From Candidatus Latescibacterota bacterium (GTDB lineage Bacteria; Latescibacterota; UBA2968; UBA8231), in NCBI GenBank assembly GCA_963422735.1, contig OY730476.1, forward strand, positions 4,288,001 to 4,352,000: a stretch of DNA of 64,000 nt, in the 5' to 3' direction. Position numbers and translations under genes: made by a program. The notes under the pieces were generated by a model that worked only from the letters and a program-made list of their open reading frames with translations, was not told the DNA's origin and searched no databases. The number at the start of each line of letters is the position of its first letter. The first letter of the stretch is position 1. Positions 17,182 through 27,210 of this stretch are shown here, piece after piece.

Positions 17182-19735
17182 GCTGAACTCCCGTTTGCTT
17201 CGCGCCGAGGTCCGAATCCGCGTCAATGTCGATGCGCAAGATGTAAATCCCGGGCGGGACCACCCGTCCCTGCTGGTCTTCGGCCGCCCAGTTGATCCCA
17301 TATTTCCCGGCCACTAGGGGCTTCTGGGTGTCGAGTCTGCGCACCAGCCGACCGCCTAGGTCGTAGATGCGCACTTTGACGGGGCGGACCCCGTTCAACC
17401 GACGCACGGTGAAATCAATGGTTAGCGCGTCGTTGACCCCGTCGCCGTTAGGCGTCACTGCAGCTGGCTGGATCTCTATGTCTCCGAGCACGTTGTTGTC
17501 CTGCACCGAAGCTAGGATCTGCAGTCTTTGGCTCTGGGCCAGTTCAGTCACGTCCGCTGGGTCAATCTGTTGCCACGAGTTTGCCAACGACGAATTGCCC
17601 ATCGCCGCTTGGAGCACCACCCCGGGGGAAAACAGAGCGGTAGTAAATCGCACCTCAATCAGATCGACCTGCCCTCCCTGCTTTACCAGCCGGTCGAGGC
17701 GCAACCAGAGCGAATCGGAGCGCGTCTCCATCACCTGTACATTGGCTAGCTCTTCGGCTTGGCCGCTTTCCCACTGCGCTAAGCTACCCAAGCGCAGCGC
17801 GCCGAATTCGAGCGACATATCTGGCGGGGTGCGCACTAAGATTTCGTCGAAGCCCAGATCTTGCGGCGCGAAGATCGGCTTGACAAATAGCGAAACCTCC
17901 TCCGGTGCGCCCAAGCGCTCAAAGATCCCTATATCCAGTTCGCCTTGCAGTTGTCTCGCTACCGGCGGATTGAAGTGCAAGCGAATGGAGTTCAGTCTGG
18001 CGGCGCGTATGGGATCTGTGGTCGTCAACCGGGCGCGCAATGTCAGGTATTGACGCGGGCTGGGCGAAGCAATCGGGTCGCCGGAACGCGCGTAGGGCGC
18101 GCTCCAGTTGCTCCAGTCGGAGCCGGCCACCTGTAGGGTGTCGATCCGGCCCTTCTTGAAAAAGCCCAACTTCTCGTATTTGCCCGCCGAGACTTCCACG
18201 CCGCCGCTGTCGTAGTAGCGATATGCTTCGGCGATCTCATTGCCGGTGCGGGTCTGGATTTGCACGGATGTTCCCGGGGGCGCGTCCGCCTCCCATTCGA
18301 TCGACACCAAGCTCTTAGCTCCCTGCAACGGGATCAACCCCGACTCCAGCCCCACCTCGGGATGGTGCCCTTCGCCGTAGAGCTGCACTTCTCGGAGGCG
18401 CGCTTTATTCCCCTCCCGGCCCGACTCGCTGCTAGCAAAGGGATAGGCCACGCGCACAAAGCGGGCCGGAGTCGGCTGGAAGGTGTTGACTTCAAACGCC
18501 GTGCCTAGCCCGCGGACCTGTTCGGGTACCGTCCACAGCCGCCCGCCGCCCGGGGCGGGGGTACCGTCTGAAGTCTTGATTTCGTAGCGGTGAAAACTAG
18601 CTCCGGCTAGCTGGCCGCCAGCAACGCTGAGGTTGTACCATAGCTGCACGGTGTCGAGCCAGTAGGAAGCACCTAGGTCGAACTCCAGAAAGCGCTCGCC
18701 AAATGCCACGTTCCCCGTCTGAAAGGCTTTGAGATTAAAGGTCAGATAAGTGCCTTCCCCGTCCACTAGGTTGCCCACCGACCCTTCGTGGGAGCTTTCG
18801 GCGCTGCCATTGCGGTCTAGGATCATGCCCGGCGAAATATTCTTGCCCAGTTCATAGACAGCCAACTCGGCCAAGCGCGGCCGCTCTCGCCGATAATAGC
18901 GCACCGAGCCACGCAATTGCGGGTCAATCGCCTCGTAGATCGCCTTCTCGACCTCCACTTCTCCTTCCTCCACCTGCTTGTAAAAGACCACGTCCCCCTG
19001 GTCGCGACTTGCCAACGCCTCGTATTCTTCAGCCGACACCTCGACGGCGCGTGCGCCATCGCTTTCGGTGACCACAACTTGGACGAAACGCACCATATCC
19101 CCCGCAAAATCCACGCCGGGAACGGGGTTAATTAGCTCCCCTCGGTTCAGGTCAAACTCAAACTCGCGCTGGTTCTTGTTGTCGCTTGGGGTCCGGTACA
19201 CCAAGTGCATGGGCACCTTGCCCGCCACCTTGTTGCCCTGATCGGCGTTGTCAGCCGTCAGCACCGCGAACTGCAAAAAGGGATCGCCCTGCCCCTCGGG
19301 CACGAATTGCAACCCGACTCGCGTGGCATTGATCAAGCGGCCCATATCGACCTGGAACCACCAGTCCCGCAGCGGGCTGTCGGGGTCCGGCTCCCAATAG
19401 GTCGTTTCGTCGCCGTCGAAGAGGTTGGCGACAGCTGCCTTGTTGGAGCCAGCTTCGATCGCGTCGAGGATGGTCGTGTTATCGGGGTCAGAAGCGATGC
19501 GCTGCAGGTGTTGGATAATGTCCGTTACGGCGTTGTGGTCCTTAGGCACAAAGGCCGGAACGACCTCCCCGGTGGCGGCGATATCCAGCGTCCCCTCGAC
19601 GAAGGCCCAATTACTCCAGTGACGTTGGGTGTTTACGATTACGTGGTCGGAGCGCAGGGCGTGATTCTGTGCCCCCACCAACCCCCACAACCCAAAACCC
19701 AAACCCAGTGCCAGTACGCATTTCCCGCTGCCCAT
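17159..19735 (-). CDS. Secreted protein with discoidin-like domains and C-terminal FlgD-Ig / T9SS type-B-like domain
   Basis: Signal peptide; NLFDGDETTYW; VTPNGDGVND; IYDLGGRLVR; VPPGIY. Confidence 0.75.
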   Translation of the reverse strand: MGSGKCVLALGLGFGLWGLVGAQNHALRSDHVIVNTQRHWSNWAFVEGTLDIAATGEVVPAFVPKDHNAVTDIIQHLQRIASDPDNTTILDAIEAGSNKAAVANLFDGDETTYWEPDPDSPLRDWWFQVDMGRLINATRVGLQFVPEGQGDPFLQFAVLTADNADQGNKVAGKVPMHLVYRTPSDNKNQREFEFDLNRGELINPVPGVDFAGDMVRFVQVVVTESDGARAVEVSAEEYEALASRDQGDVVFYKQVEEGEVEVEKAIYEAIDPQLRGSVRYYRRERPRLAELAVYELGKNISPGMILDRNGSAESSHEGSVGNLVDGEGTYLTFNLKAFQTGNVAFGERFLEFDLGASYWLDTVQLWYNLSVAGGQLAGASFHRYEIKTSDGTPAPGGGRLWTVPEQVRGLGTAFEVNTFQPTPARFVRVAYPFASSESGREGNKARLREVQLYGEGHHPEVGLESGLIPLQGAKSLVSIEWEADAPPGTSVQIQTRTGNEIAEAYRYYDSGGVEVSAGKYEKLGFFKKGRIDTLQVAGSDWSNWSAPYARSGDPIASPSPRQYLTLRARLTTTDPIRAARLNSIRLHFNPPVARQLQGELDIGIFERLGAPEEVSLFVKPIFAPQDLGFDEILVRTPPDMSLEFGALRLGSLAQWESGQAEELANVQVMETRSDSLWLRLDRLVKQGGQVDLIEVRFTTALFSPGVVLQAAMGNSSLANSWQQIDPADVTELAQSQRLQILASVQDNNVLGDIEIQPAAVTPNGDGVNDALTIDFTVRRLNGVRPVKVRIYDLGGRLVRRLDTQKPLVAGKYGINWAAEDQQGRVVPPGIYILRIDIDADSDLGAKQTGVQRLLHVAY

Positions 19736-19761
19736 AGCCCAATCTCCTGAACTAGCTGGTT

Positions 19762-21750
19762 TCAATAGGCGACCGCTACAACCCCTGCTTGCTGCCGCCG
19801 CCCCTCCTCGGTCTGTACTTCGACGCGGCAAATGTAAATACCAGGAGCTACCCGCTGCCCATGTTCGTCCAAACCGTCCCACCGCCGTCGGTGGCGACCA
19901 GCCGCGTCAAAACCATGGTACACCTCGCGTACCAATTCGCCGGCCAAGTCCCGCACTTCCACCACTACCGGGGTCGGTGCCACCAGCTTGAGCAGATCAT
20001 AGGCCATGTCCAACCCGTCGTTGACGCCATCGCCGTTGGGCGTAAAAACGCCGCCGGCCAAATCTAGCGCGCCGAGGACCCGAGGCCCTAGCGCAAGGGC
20101 CTGCACCGAAAGAGTGTTGCCGTCCCTGAGCGCCGTGGCGTCGCCAGACTGCACTGGCTGCCCAATCTCCTGCGGGGTTTCGCTGTTGAACACGCGACCG
20201 GCAAAGGTCGCCCCGTAGCGAAAAATCTCGCCGCTGAAATCCACTTCCACCACTTCTGCCGTGCGGTCCACGTCCAGCCTCGGCACCCCCACCACCAGCC
20301 GCTCAGCCCCTTCTTCAACCCGTTCAAAAGCCACCTCTTGCCCCCCGATCCGCACACCGTCGAGGCTTATCAGCCGCCCTCCCTTGGCCGAGATTTCCAA
20401 ATGATCGAACCCCGGATCGCCGAGCCTAATGGTAGGCCGGATGGCGTAGGTAAACTGCGTCACTTGGGCCGTCTCGACCTGATAGGGATCGATTTCTCCC
20501 ACCAGTGCTGTGACCGCCGGCGGGGACGCGGTGAACTCCACGTAATGCATCCGGCTGCCCGCGGCGATGTTCGATTGAAAGTCCAACTCAAACTGGACAA
20601 AACGCCGGGGCTTAGTAGCCGACCAGCGCGTCCCGGTGCTGTCGCTGAAATCATAGGTCGTCGACCAGAAATCCCAATGGTCTGCATCGCGGGTGATTTT
20701 GCCGCGCTCGGAAATTTCCAAGCGCCCGTAAGTCCGCAGGGTTAGCGGCTTGCCCTTGGTGTCGTAGTTGACCTGCTCGTCGCCCCGGAATGTATGACGC
20801 CAGTATATGTTGGGATCGACATCGCTGCCGCTCTGGCTGCGGATATGGACCGTGGCCGCCGCGTCCTTGCGCCCCGACCAGCGCAACGCACCCAGCGCGA
20901 CCTCTTTGCCGAGATCGAGGATATTGGAAAAGTACGAGGCGTTGGGCACATAGCCGGGCGCGAAGATCTCAAACTCGGCGATTTCCCAGTCGCGAGTTGG
21001 TTGCGATGGCACGAATAGCACCACGCGACGGACGTACTCGCCGGTGAGTTTCACTTCTACGGTAGAGCGGGTGTTTTCCTTTACCTCCAACAGCGCGTCA
21101 AAATACATGTCTTTGCGGTTGTAGAGGTCGCGGTGGGCCCGGTTGACGAAGCCCAAACAGTTGTCCGTCCTCCCGGCAGTGCAAAGGTCAACGCTGCTGA
21201 TCCCCGCTTCTTCAATCGTCAGCGTATTGGTCCAGATGTGGAAGAGTTCGATGTAATTATCCTCGTTGCCAGCGCGCGTGAAAAAGCGGATTCGATCTAC
21301 CGCAAACAAGCCGCCGAGGTCGAACAACAAGGTTTTGCCGAATCGCAAATCATCCCCCACGTTCACCCGATTGGATCCCTTCTCTTCGCGATAGGCCGTC
21401 GCGGGATCGCTGTCGTTTATCAAGATAATATCGTCGGTTTCAACCCAAGCTTGAAAGCCCTGGGTCTGTAGATAGCCGCCGCGATCCTTGACCGTCGGCG
21501 CGATATTCACATCGGCGGGGAAGAACAAAGGGGAAATGGCATCGGGTGCAATCGTCAGAGATTCGCTTGCTCCCTGCAAGTCGGCATCGAGTTCGGCCCA
21601 ACTAAATTGAACGAAATCGGCTTCCCCGCTGGCCACTTCGGGTGGCAGCGGCAAGCCCTCGCCACCCAGCCGATAGACGGTCAATCCCGCCACCGAAGTG
21701 CTACTCGCGGCCAGCAATAGCGCGGCGCAGAAGCCTCTGAATGCGACCAT
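19762..21750 (-). CDS. Secreted protein with C-terminal FlgD-Ig / T9SS type-B-like domain
   Basis: Signal peptide; FDLGG.F.VDRIRF, EIAEFEIF; FTPNGDGVND; WDG...G.RVAPGIY. Confidence 0.75.
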   Translation of the reverse strand: MVAFRGFCAALLLAASSTSVAGLTVYRLGGEGLPLPPEVASGEADFVQFSWAELDADLQGASESLTIAPDAISPLFFPADVNIAPTVKDRGGYLQTQGFQAWVETDDIILINDSDPATAYREEKGSNRVNVGDDLRFGKTLLFDLGGLFAVDRIRFFTRAGNEDNYIELFHIWTNTLTIEEAGISSVDLCTAGRTDNCLGFVNRAHRDLYNRKDMYFDALLEVKENTRSTVEVKLTGEYVRRVVLFVPSQPTRDWEIAEFEIFAPGYVPNASYFSNILDLGKEVALGALRWSGRKDAAATVHIRSQSGSDVDPNIYWRHTFRGDEQVNYDTKGKPLTLRTYGRLEISERGKITRDADHWDFWSTTYDFSDSTGTRWSATKPRRFVQFELDFQSNIAAGSRMHYVEFTASPPAVTALVGEIDPYQVETAQVTQFTYAIRPTIRLGDPGFDHLEISAKGGRLISLDGVRIGGQEVAFERVEEGAERLVVGVPRLDVDRTAEVVEVDFSGEIFRYGATFAGRVFNSETPQEIGQPVQSGDATALRDGNTLSVQALALGPRVLGALDLAGGVFTPNGDGVNDGLDMAYDLLKLVAPTPVVVEVRDLAGELVREVYHGFDAAGRHRRRWDGLDEHGQRVAPGIYICRVEVQTEEGRRQQAGVVAVAY

Positions 21751-21789
21751 GCCTACATCTCCCAAAGGGAAAGACTTAACACACAGAAA

Positions 21790-21826
21790 TCTGAAGGGGA
21801 GATGCACGAGACACCTCCCCTTCAGA
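21790..21826 (-). terminator. Intrinsic terminator / mRNA-stabilising hairpin after the first gene of the locus
   Basis: Perfect 12-bp stem tctgaaggggag/ctccccttcaga, followed on minus strand by a U-rich tail (tttctgtgtgtt). Confidence 0.75.
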
Positions 21827-21863
21827 GACTACAGTTTACGGATAGTTAAGGACGAGAAGCAAA

Positions 21864-22823
21864 TTACTGGATATAGGCGGCCTTGATGCGCCCCCAGCTT
21901 TCTTCCTCTACCGCGGTTCCGGTCCCAAGGCTGCTGAAATCCACGCGGGGATCGAGTGGTGCCAACAGGAAGTCCGAGCAGTTGACGCAGTCGAACCACA
22001 TCTGGATGTTGGGGTTGATACCCCAACCGCCGTCGCTGGCACCGCCATTGTCCTCTTCGGCCGAGTCCATGTCGTGCACGACCCAACCCAGACCGATGGT
22101 ATTGCCCTCGGTGAAGGTGTGGATCTGGCTTTCGTCGGGACCAAGCCAGTGGAAGTCGTCCCAAGCGACCGACATCACTTCAATGCGCGCCGTGACCTCG
22201 CCCGAGTTGACCTCGCCGTCTAGCTGGAAACCGTAATCGCCCCACGGGGGAACGTCGTGCCAAGTGGACTGGCTGTTGAAGAACCACTTCCAACCGACGG
22301 CCCGGTTGGCATCGGGCATCTCGGGCCAGACATAGTGGGCATTCTGGGCAAAACGACCCTGATTGCGCTGGCGCTCGTCGTCGTCTTCGTAATCTTCGGG
22401 GAGCGCAAAATGCCGGTCGCCGCCGTGGTCGGCGTCGATCATGATCTCCCAGCTATCATCGCCAGCGGCAACCGCACCAACGCCATTGCGATCCCAATAG
22501 TTGTCAAAGCGCTCCATCATAAGATAGAGGCGGTTGGTCCCCGCGCTCCAAGCACCTACCACCCGAAACGACAGATTGCTCTCGTCGTTTTCGTGGCCCA
22601 AGCCGAGATAGTACTCGTAGTGCGAGTCAAAGGGGACGTAGTAATCCTCGGGAACGATATCCCACTCAGAGAGGTCGCCGTCCAAGGTCGGTTCCTGGCC
22701 AGCAGGCCACTGGAAAAGCGTACCGGAGTCGATGCCGGGGATCGGCACATGGGCCGATGCTGCCCTAACCTGCAACAGGATGCCGAGGGCCAAAATACTC
22801 GCGATGCTCAAAAATCTCTTCAT
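21864..22823 (-). CDS. Secreted DOMON/CBM9-like protein with C-terminal TAVEEESWGRIK motif
   Basis: Signal peptide; PTLDGDLSEW, DDSWEIMIDADH, IGLGW..HD.D CBM9-like motifs. Confidence 0.65.
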   Translation of the reverse strand: MKRFLSIASILALGILLQVRAASAHVPIPGIDSGTLFQWPAGQEPTLDGDLSEWDIVPEDYYVPFDSHYEYYLGLGHENDESNLSFRVVGAWSAGTNRLYLMMERFDNYWDRNGVGAVAAGDDSWEIMIDADHGGDRHFALPEDYEDDDERQRNQGRFAQNAHYVWPEMPDANRAVGWKWFFNSQSTWHDVPPWGDYGFQLDGEVNSGEVTARIEVMSVAWDDFHWLGPDESQIHTFTEGNTIGLGWVVHDMDSAEEDNGGASDGGWGINPNIQMWFDCVNCSDFLLAPLDPRVDFSSLGTGTAVEEESWGRIKAAYIQ

Positions 22824-22942
22824 AATGCAATTCACCTCATGGGTTTGTGGTTTGAACATTCGTCAAAAAAACGAAAAATGAGCTTCTAATGCTAGAACAG
22901 CCTCTCTTCACCTCCTTTCAACAGCTCTTAATAATTGGCATA

Positions 22943-22971
22943 ATCTTATAATAAAAATTAGAGAACGGCAA
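22943..22971 (-). promoter_or_regulatory. Putative sigma70 promoter TTGCCG-N17-TAAGAT
   Basis: AT-rich intergenic region; canonical 17-bp spacing. Confidence 0.55.
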
Positions 22972-23054
22972 AAAACAACTATCTACGTAGTGCCTCTTAA
23001 GAGCATGTCCGAGTGCGCGGTCGTATAAAAAAGGCCGCTAAACGGGGTTTGCGG

Positions 23055-25049
23055 CTAATTTGCAACTTCCTCGTCTAGATACCAAGTCTCTGGATAGTAC
23101 GGCCACGTCCAGCGCGAATCCCAACCCCAATAGCCTTGGGGCGGCACATTGTGCAGCTTGTGGCTGACCACGACCGGATGCGGCCCTAAGCCAATGACGC
23201 CGAGGGCCCACAGGTTCTCGGCGTGGCTGCGAAGGATTTTCTTGCCCATCGCAATGCGCTCTTCCTCGTCCGTGGTGCGGCGCAGCGTCTCCCACCAGCC
23301 AATCAGCGCCTTGATCTGCGCCGGAGGCTCCCACCCGAGGGCGCCGTCGGAAAAATACCACCGCGTCCACTTGGACCACTGGCTCTGCTCCCAGCCGCCA
23401 TTGGTCGGCACGTACCAGTACGGCTCTATGGGAAAGAGGATATCCGCGTTGCGGTCGGCGTGCCAGATAGTCATGTCCATCAAGCCCGCCTTGGCGCGGA
23501 TCCGCTGCAAACTGCCGCTGATCTGTTTGAGATTGACGTTTACCCCCACTTCGCGCCAGTGGGCCGCGACTAAGTCCAAGGTGACCTGCTTGGGCGTCTC
23601 GCCGATCATGTACTCCAAGGTGATTTGCAAAGGTTTGCCGTCGAGCCGCTCGCGTTTGCCGTCTCCGTCGCGATCGACAAGCCCCATTTCGTCGAACAGG
23701 GCACTTGCCCGCGCCGGGTCAAACTCGGCCCAAGCAGTGGCAAATTCTGGCTCGAAGTAGCGACTCGCAGGCACCACCGTCAACTGGCGCGGCACCCCGT
23801 ACCCAAAGTAAACGATGTCGTTGATTTCCTCCCGATTGATGGCTAGCGACATGGCCCGCCGGAAGCGCACGTCTTGGAAAATTCGCCGCAGCCCCTCGTC
23901 GGGATGATTCAAATTGAACTGCAATACCACGTCCGAGCCGTAGGGCCTCGGCCAGACGTACGTGGAGTAGTCGTTGTTCTGCTCAAAGCGCTTAAATAAC
24001 GGAATATCGGCTGTCATAAACTGCCGGCCGGCGAAGTCAACTTGTCCGGTCGAGGCTTTGGCCGCCATGATCTCGGGGCTATCGACCCGCTGTACCTCTA
24101 GATAATCGATATAGGGCAACTGGTTGCCCTTGGGATCCACCTTGGGGTAGTAGGGATTGCGGCGCAGCCGGGTGCGCGTCGAGGTTCGGCTGACCAGTAC
24201 ATAAGCCGTCAGCACCGGGCGGTTGAAGGGGATCAGATCGGTCGTGCTGTTGACGGCTGCGAAATAGGTGCGCCAGTCCTGCAAGCCCAGCTTTTCGGCC
24301 TCGCGCTCCAATTGCGCCGGCTCGGTAAAGGCCGGGTGGTAGCGGCGCATAAAGTGCGCTGGCACTGCCAAGCGCGAACTGTTGTGGGCGAGGTGGTTGA
24401 CAAAAAGCGGCACCGGCTGGGGAAAGTGATAACTGAAACTATGCGCATCGTGCTTTTCGATTCGTGCGCCTTTGAACCGAGGCTCCACCACCGGCGTGAG
24501 CTCTTCGTTCATCAGCACGTGGTCGAACCAGAATGCGTAGTCGTCGGCCGTTACGGGATGGCCGTCAGACCACTTGTGGCCGGGGCGCAGGGTAATCTGC
24601 AAGGTCCTCGCGCCATTGAGGTATTCGGCCTTTGCAGCAAAATTCGGCAGATTCAATCGCATTTGCGGCCCCGGACGCAGCACTCCCTCGGGCACGTTGA
24701 TCAGGCTTTCACCAGCCAAGAACAGCCGGGCCGTGCCCCCGTAGCGGCCAATTTCGCCGAAGGGTTCGACCACCACCGGGTCGTCGGGCAGGCGCTCGGC
24801 GACCGGCGGCAATTCACCGGCAGCGACCGATTCATCGAGCACGGGCGATTGGCGGAAGGTCTGCAATCCCACAGCCGCAGCCGTGGCTGGCGGCCGGAAC
24901 CAAGCCTCTGGCCATGCGGATCGCGGGATGTCGCCCGTCGGCGACGCGCGCTGGACCTCGGCCGCCATAATCGGGCGATCCGTTTCGGGCGGAGCACAGC
25001 CCAACCACGCCACCGCGCCTATGCGCCACACCATCCTGCGAGTCAGCAT
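23055..25049 (-). CDS. ABC transporter substrate-binding protein, family 5 (lipoprotein)
   Basis: LPPVAERLPDDP, GRYGG, LRPGHKWSDGHPVTADD, GNQLPYID motifs. Confidence 0.85.
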   Translation of the reverse strand: MLTRRMVWRIGAVAWLGCAPPETDRPIMAAEVQRASPTGDIPRSAWPEAWFRPPATAAAVGLQTFRQSPVLDESVAAGELPPVAERLPDDPVVVEPFGEIGRYGGTARLFLAGESLINVPEGVLRPGPQMRLNLPNFAAKAEYLNGARTLQITLRPGHKWSDGHPVTADDYAFWFDHVLMNEELTPVVEPRFKGARIEKHDAHSFSYHFPQPVPLFVNHLAHNSSRLAVPAHFMRRYHPAFTEPAQLEREAEKLGLQDWRTYFAAVNSTTDLIPFNRPVLTAYVLVSRTSTRTRLRRNPYYPKVDPKGNQLPYIDYLEVQRVDSPEIMAAKASTGQVDFAGRQFMTADIPLFKRFEQNNDYSTYVWPRPYGSDVVLQFNLNHPDEGLRRIFQDVRFRRAMSLAINREEINDIVYFGYGVPRQLTVVPASRYFEPEFATAWAEFDPARASALFDEMGLVDRDGDGKRERLDGKPLQITLEYMIGETPKQVTLDLVAAHWREVGVNVNLKQISGSLQRIRAKAGLMDMTIWHADRNADILFPIEPYWYVPTNGGWEQSQWSKWTRWYFSDGALGWEPPAQIKALIGWWETLRRTTDEEERIAMGKKILRSHAENLWALGVIGLGPHPVVVSHKLHNVPPQGYWGWDSRWTWPYYPETWYLDEEVAN

Positions 25050-25078
25050 AGACGCAATGCCCTCCTCGTTTTCTTATA

Positions 25079-27031
25079 TTGTCTCAATCCATGCCTCCAC
25101 TGCCATCCCAGCCACCTGCCTTCTCCCGGCGCGCTGTTCTCACGGGTTTGCTCCTCGTGGGGGCTATTAGCGTACTGAGCCCTTGGGGGATCCTCATAGT
25201 CAAGGGATCGCAGCTCACCAGCAATGCCATCCCGGTAATCGCCGTCCTCTTCCTCTTTCTGCTGACGGCCGCGGCCCTACCCCTACTCAAGATGCTGGGC
25301 CGCACGTGGGCCTTTTCCCGCTCCGAACTCATCGTCGTGTACTCCATGATGTTGGTCGGCGCGGTCGTGGTCACCACCGGCTTCACCGGCAGCTTTCTGT
25401 CGGTCATCACCGGAGCCGCGTACTACGCCACCCCTGAAAATGCTTGGCAGGAGCTTTTCGTCGAATATATCCACCCTTGGCTGGCACCCACCGATACCGA
25501 GGCCGTGCGCCTGTTCTACGAGGGACTGCCCGAGGGCAGCGCCATACCTTGGTCCGCTTGGAGCCGCCCGCTAGTTGCTTGGATATGCTTTATCTTCGCC
25601 TTCTACTGGATCCTCTTTTGCCTCGGCGTGTTGCTCAGAGGCCAGTGGGTCGCCAATGAACGGCTCGTCTTCCCCCTCACCCGCCTGCCCTTGGCCATGC
25701 TCGAAGGCACGGACTCCGCGCCCCTCCTCGGCGGCCTGTTCAAGAACCGCCTGCTATGGGTGGGCTTTGCCGTGCCGCTTTTCATCCTTTCGTGGAACTC
25801 GCTCAACTACTACCACGACGCCTTCCAGCCCATCGCCCTGACCGGCAGCTTGTCCCTGCTCCAAGGCTCCGTCGGCCTGCCTTGGCGGATCAATCTGCCC
25901 ATCTTGGGCCTAGCCTACCTGATGGCGCTCAGCGTCTCCTTCAGTATCTGGTTTTTCTTTTTGTTCTACACCCTAGAGAAAGTCGTCTTCGCCCGCATCG
26001 GCCTCGTAATAGGCGGTGGCGATATCTGGACCTCGGGCGGCGGCTCGGTCCCCGTTTCCCATCAACAGGCCGGCGGCCTGTTGGTACTGGCCCTCTTCGT
26101 GATGTGGACCGCCCGCACCCATCTGCGCCGCCTGTGGAGCCAAGCGTTAAAAGGCGAGCCAGCTCCCGGCGAACTCATGGCCCCGCGCACGGCCTTTAGC
26201 GGCCTAGCGATTGGCGTGGCGTTCGTGGTGGCTTGGCTGACCTTCACCGGCCTCTCCCTGTATGCGGCGGTGCTGCTGGTGGTAGGGGCGCTCATCGTCT
26301 TTATCGGTCTGTCGCGCATCGTCTGCGAGGCTGGTATCCCCGGCTGCCAGACGCCGATGGCCCCGCAGGCCTTCATTACCCGAGGCATTGGCCCCGAGAC
26401 CCTTGGCCTTGGCAACATGACCGGCCTCGGGCTGAGCACGGTATGGATGGGCGAGACCGCGGCCAACATGATGAACGCCGTCATGCACAGCCTCAAGCTC
26501 ACCTCCGGCGACTCGCCCGCGCCGCGCTGGCTGCCTTGGGCCTTGTTCGCCGCCATCGCCGTGGGGCTGCTCGGCTCGATCTGGTTTACCATGACCCTCG
26601 CCTATACCTATGGCGGCATCAACTTACACGGATGGTACTTTAACGGAGCGCCGCGCTGGCCTTTTAACTATATGGCCTCGGTGTACAACGCGCCCGAGCC
26701 GTCGTTTGCCCCGCGCCTCGCCTTCACCGCCAGTGGGAGCTTTGTCATGGCGGCTCTGCTCTTTTTGCGCCACCGCTTCGCGTGGTGGCCCCTGCATCCT
26801 TTGGGTTTTCCCATCGCCTCCACCTTTACCATTGTTTACTATAGCTGGTTGTCCATCTTTTTGGCCTGGCTCTGCAAGGCGACCATCCTGCGCTACGGCG
26901 GGGTGCGCGCCTACCGCGCCCTGCTGCCGTTCTTTTTGGGGCTGATTCTCGGCGAGTTCACCACGGCCTGCCTATGGCTCTTCATCGACGGGGCCTACGG
27001 CGTCGAAGGCAACATGATCTTCAATTTCTGA
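25079..27031 (+). CDS. DUF6785/DUF6784-like polytopic membrane protein
   Basis: YYATPEN.W, W...ERL.FPL, RIV.EAG, WWPLHP.G, LR.GG motifs. Confidence 0.75.
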   Translation: MSQSMPPLPSQPPAFSRRAVLTGLLLVGAISVLSPWGILIVKGSQLTSNAIPVIAVLFLFLLTAAALPLLKMLGRTWAFSRSELIVVYSMMLVGAVVVTTGFTGSFLSVITGAAYYATPENAWQELFVEYIHPWLAPTDTEAVRLFYEGLPEGSAIPWSAWSRPLVAWICFIFAFYWILFCLGVLLRGQWVANERLVFPLTRLPLAMLEGTDSAPLLGGLFKNRLLWVGFAVPLFILSWNSLNYYHDAFQPIALTGSLSLLQGSVGLPWRINLPILGLAYLMALSVSFSIWFFFLFYTLEKVVFARIGLVIGGGDIWTSGGGSVPVSHQQAGGLLVLALFVMWTARTHLRRLWSQALKGEPAPGELMAPRTAFSGLAIGVAFVVAWLTFTGLSLYAAVLLVVGALIVFIGLSRIVCEAGIPGCQTPMAPQAFITRGIGPETLGLGNMTGLGLSTVWMGETAANMMNAVMHSLKLTSGDSPAPRWLPWALFAAIAVGLLGSIWFTMTLAYTYGGINLHGWYFNGAPRWPFNYMASVYNAPEPSFAPRLAFTASGSFVMAALLFLRHRFAWWPLHPLGFPIASTFTIVYYSWLSIFLAWLCKATILRYGGVRAYRALLPFFLGLILGEFTTACLWLFIDGAYGVEGNMIFNF

Positions 27032-27210
27032 TCTGCATACGCGAAGTCTTTTTGCACTGTAATATACGTGTAATTTGACTCAGCGGGCGGAATGCCGGAC
27101 ACTTGGCACAGCTTAGAAAAGGAGCAAACGGCCATGACTCCCCGCGAACAAATTATGTGCGACGGTTGCTGCGAGCTAGACGACCTCCCAACCGCATACC
27201 ACCCATCGCC

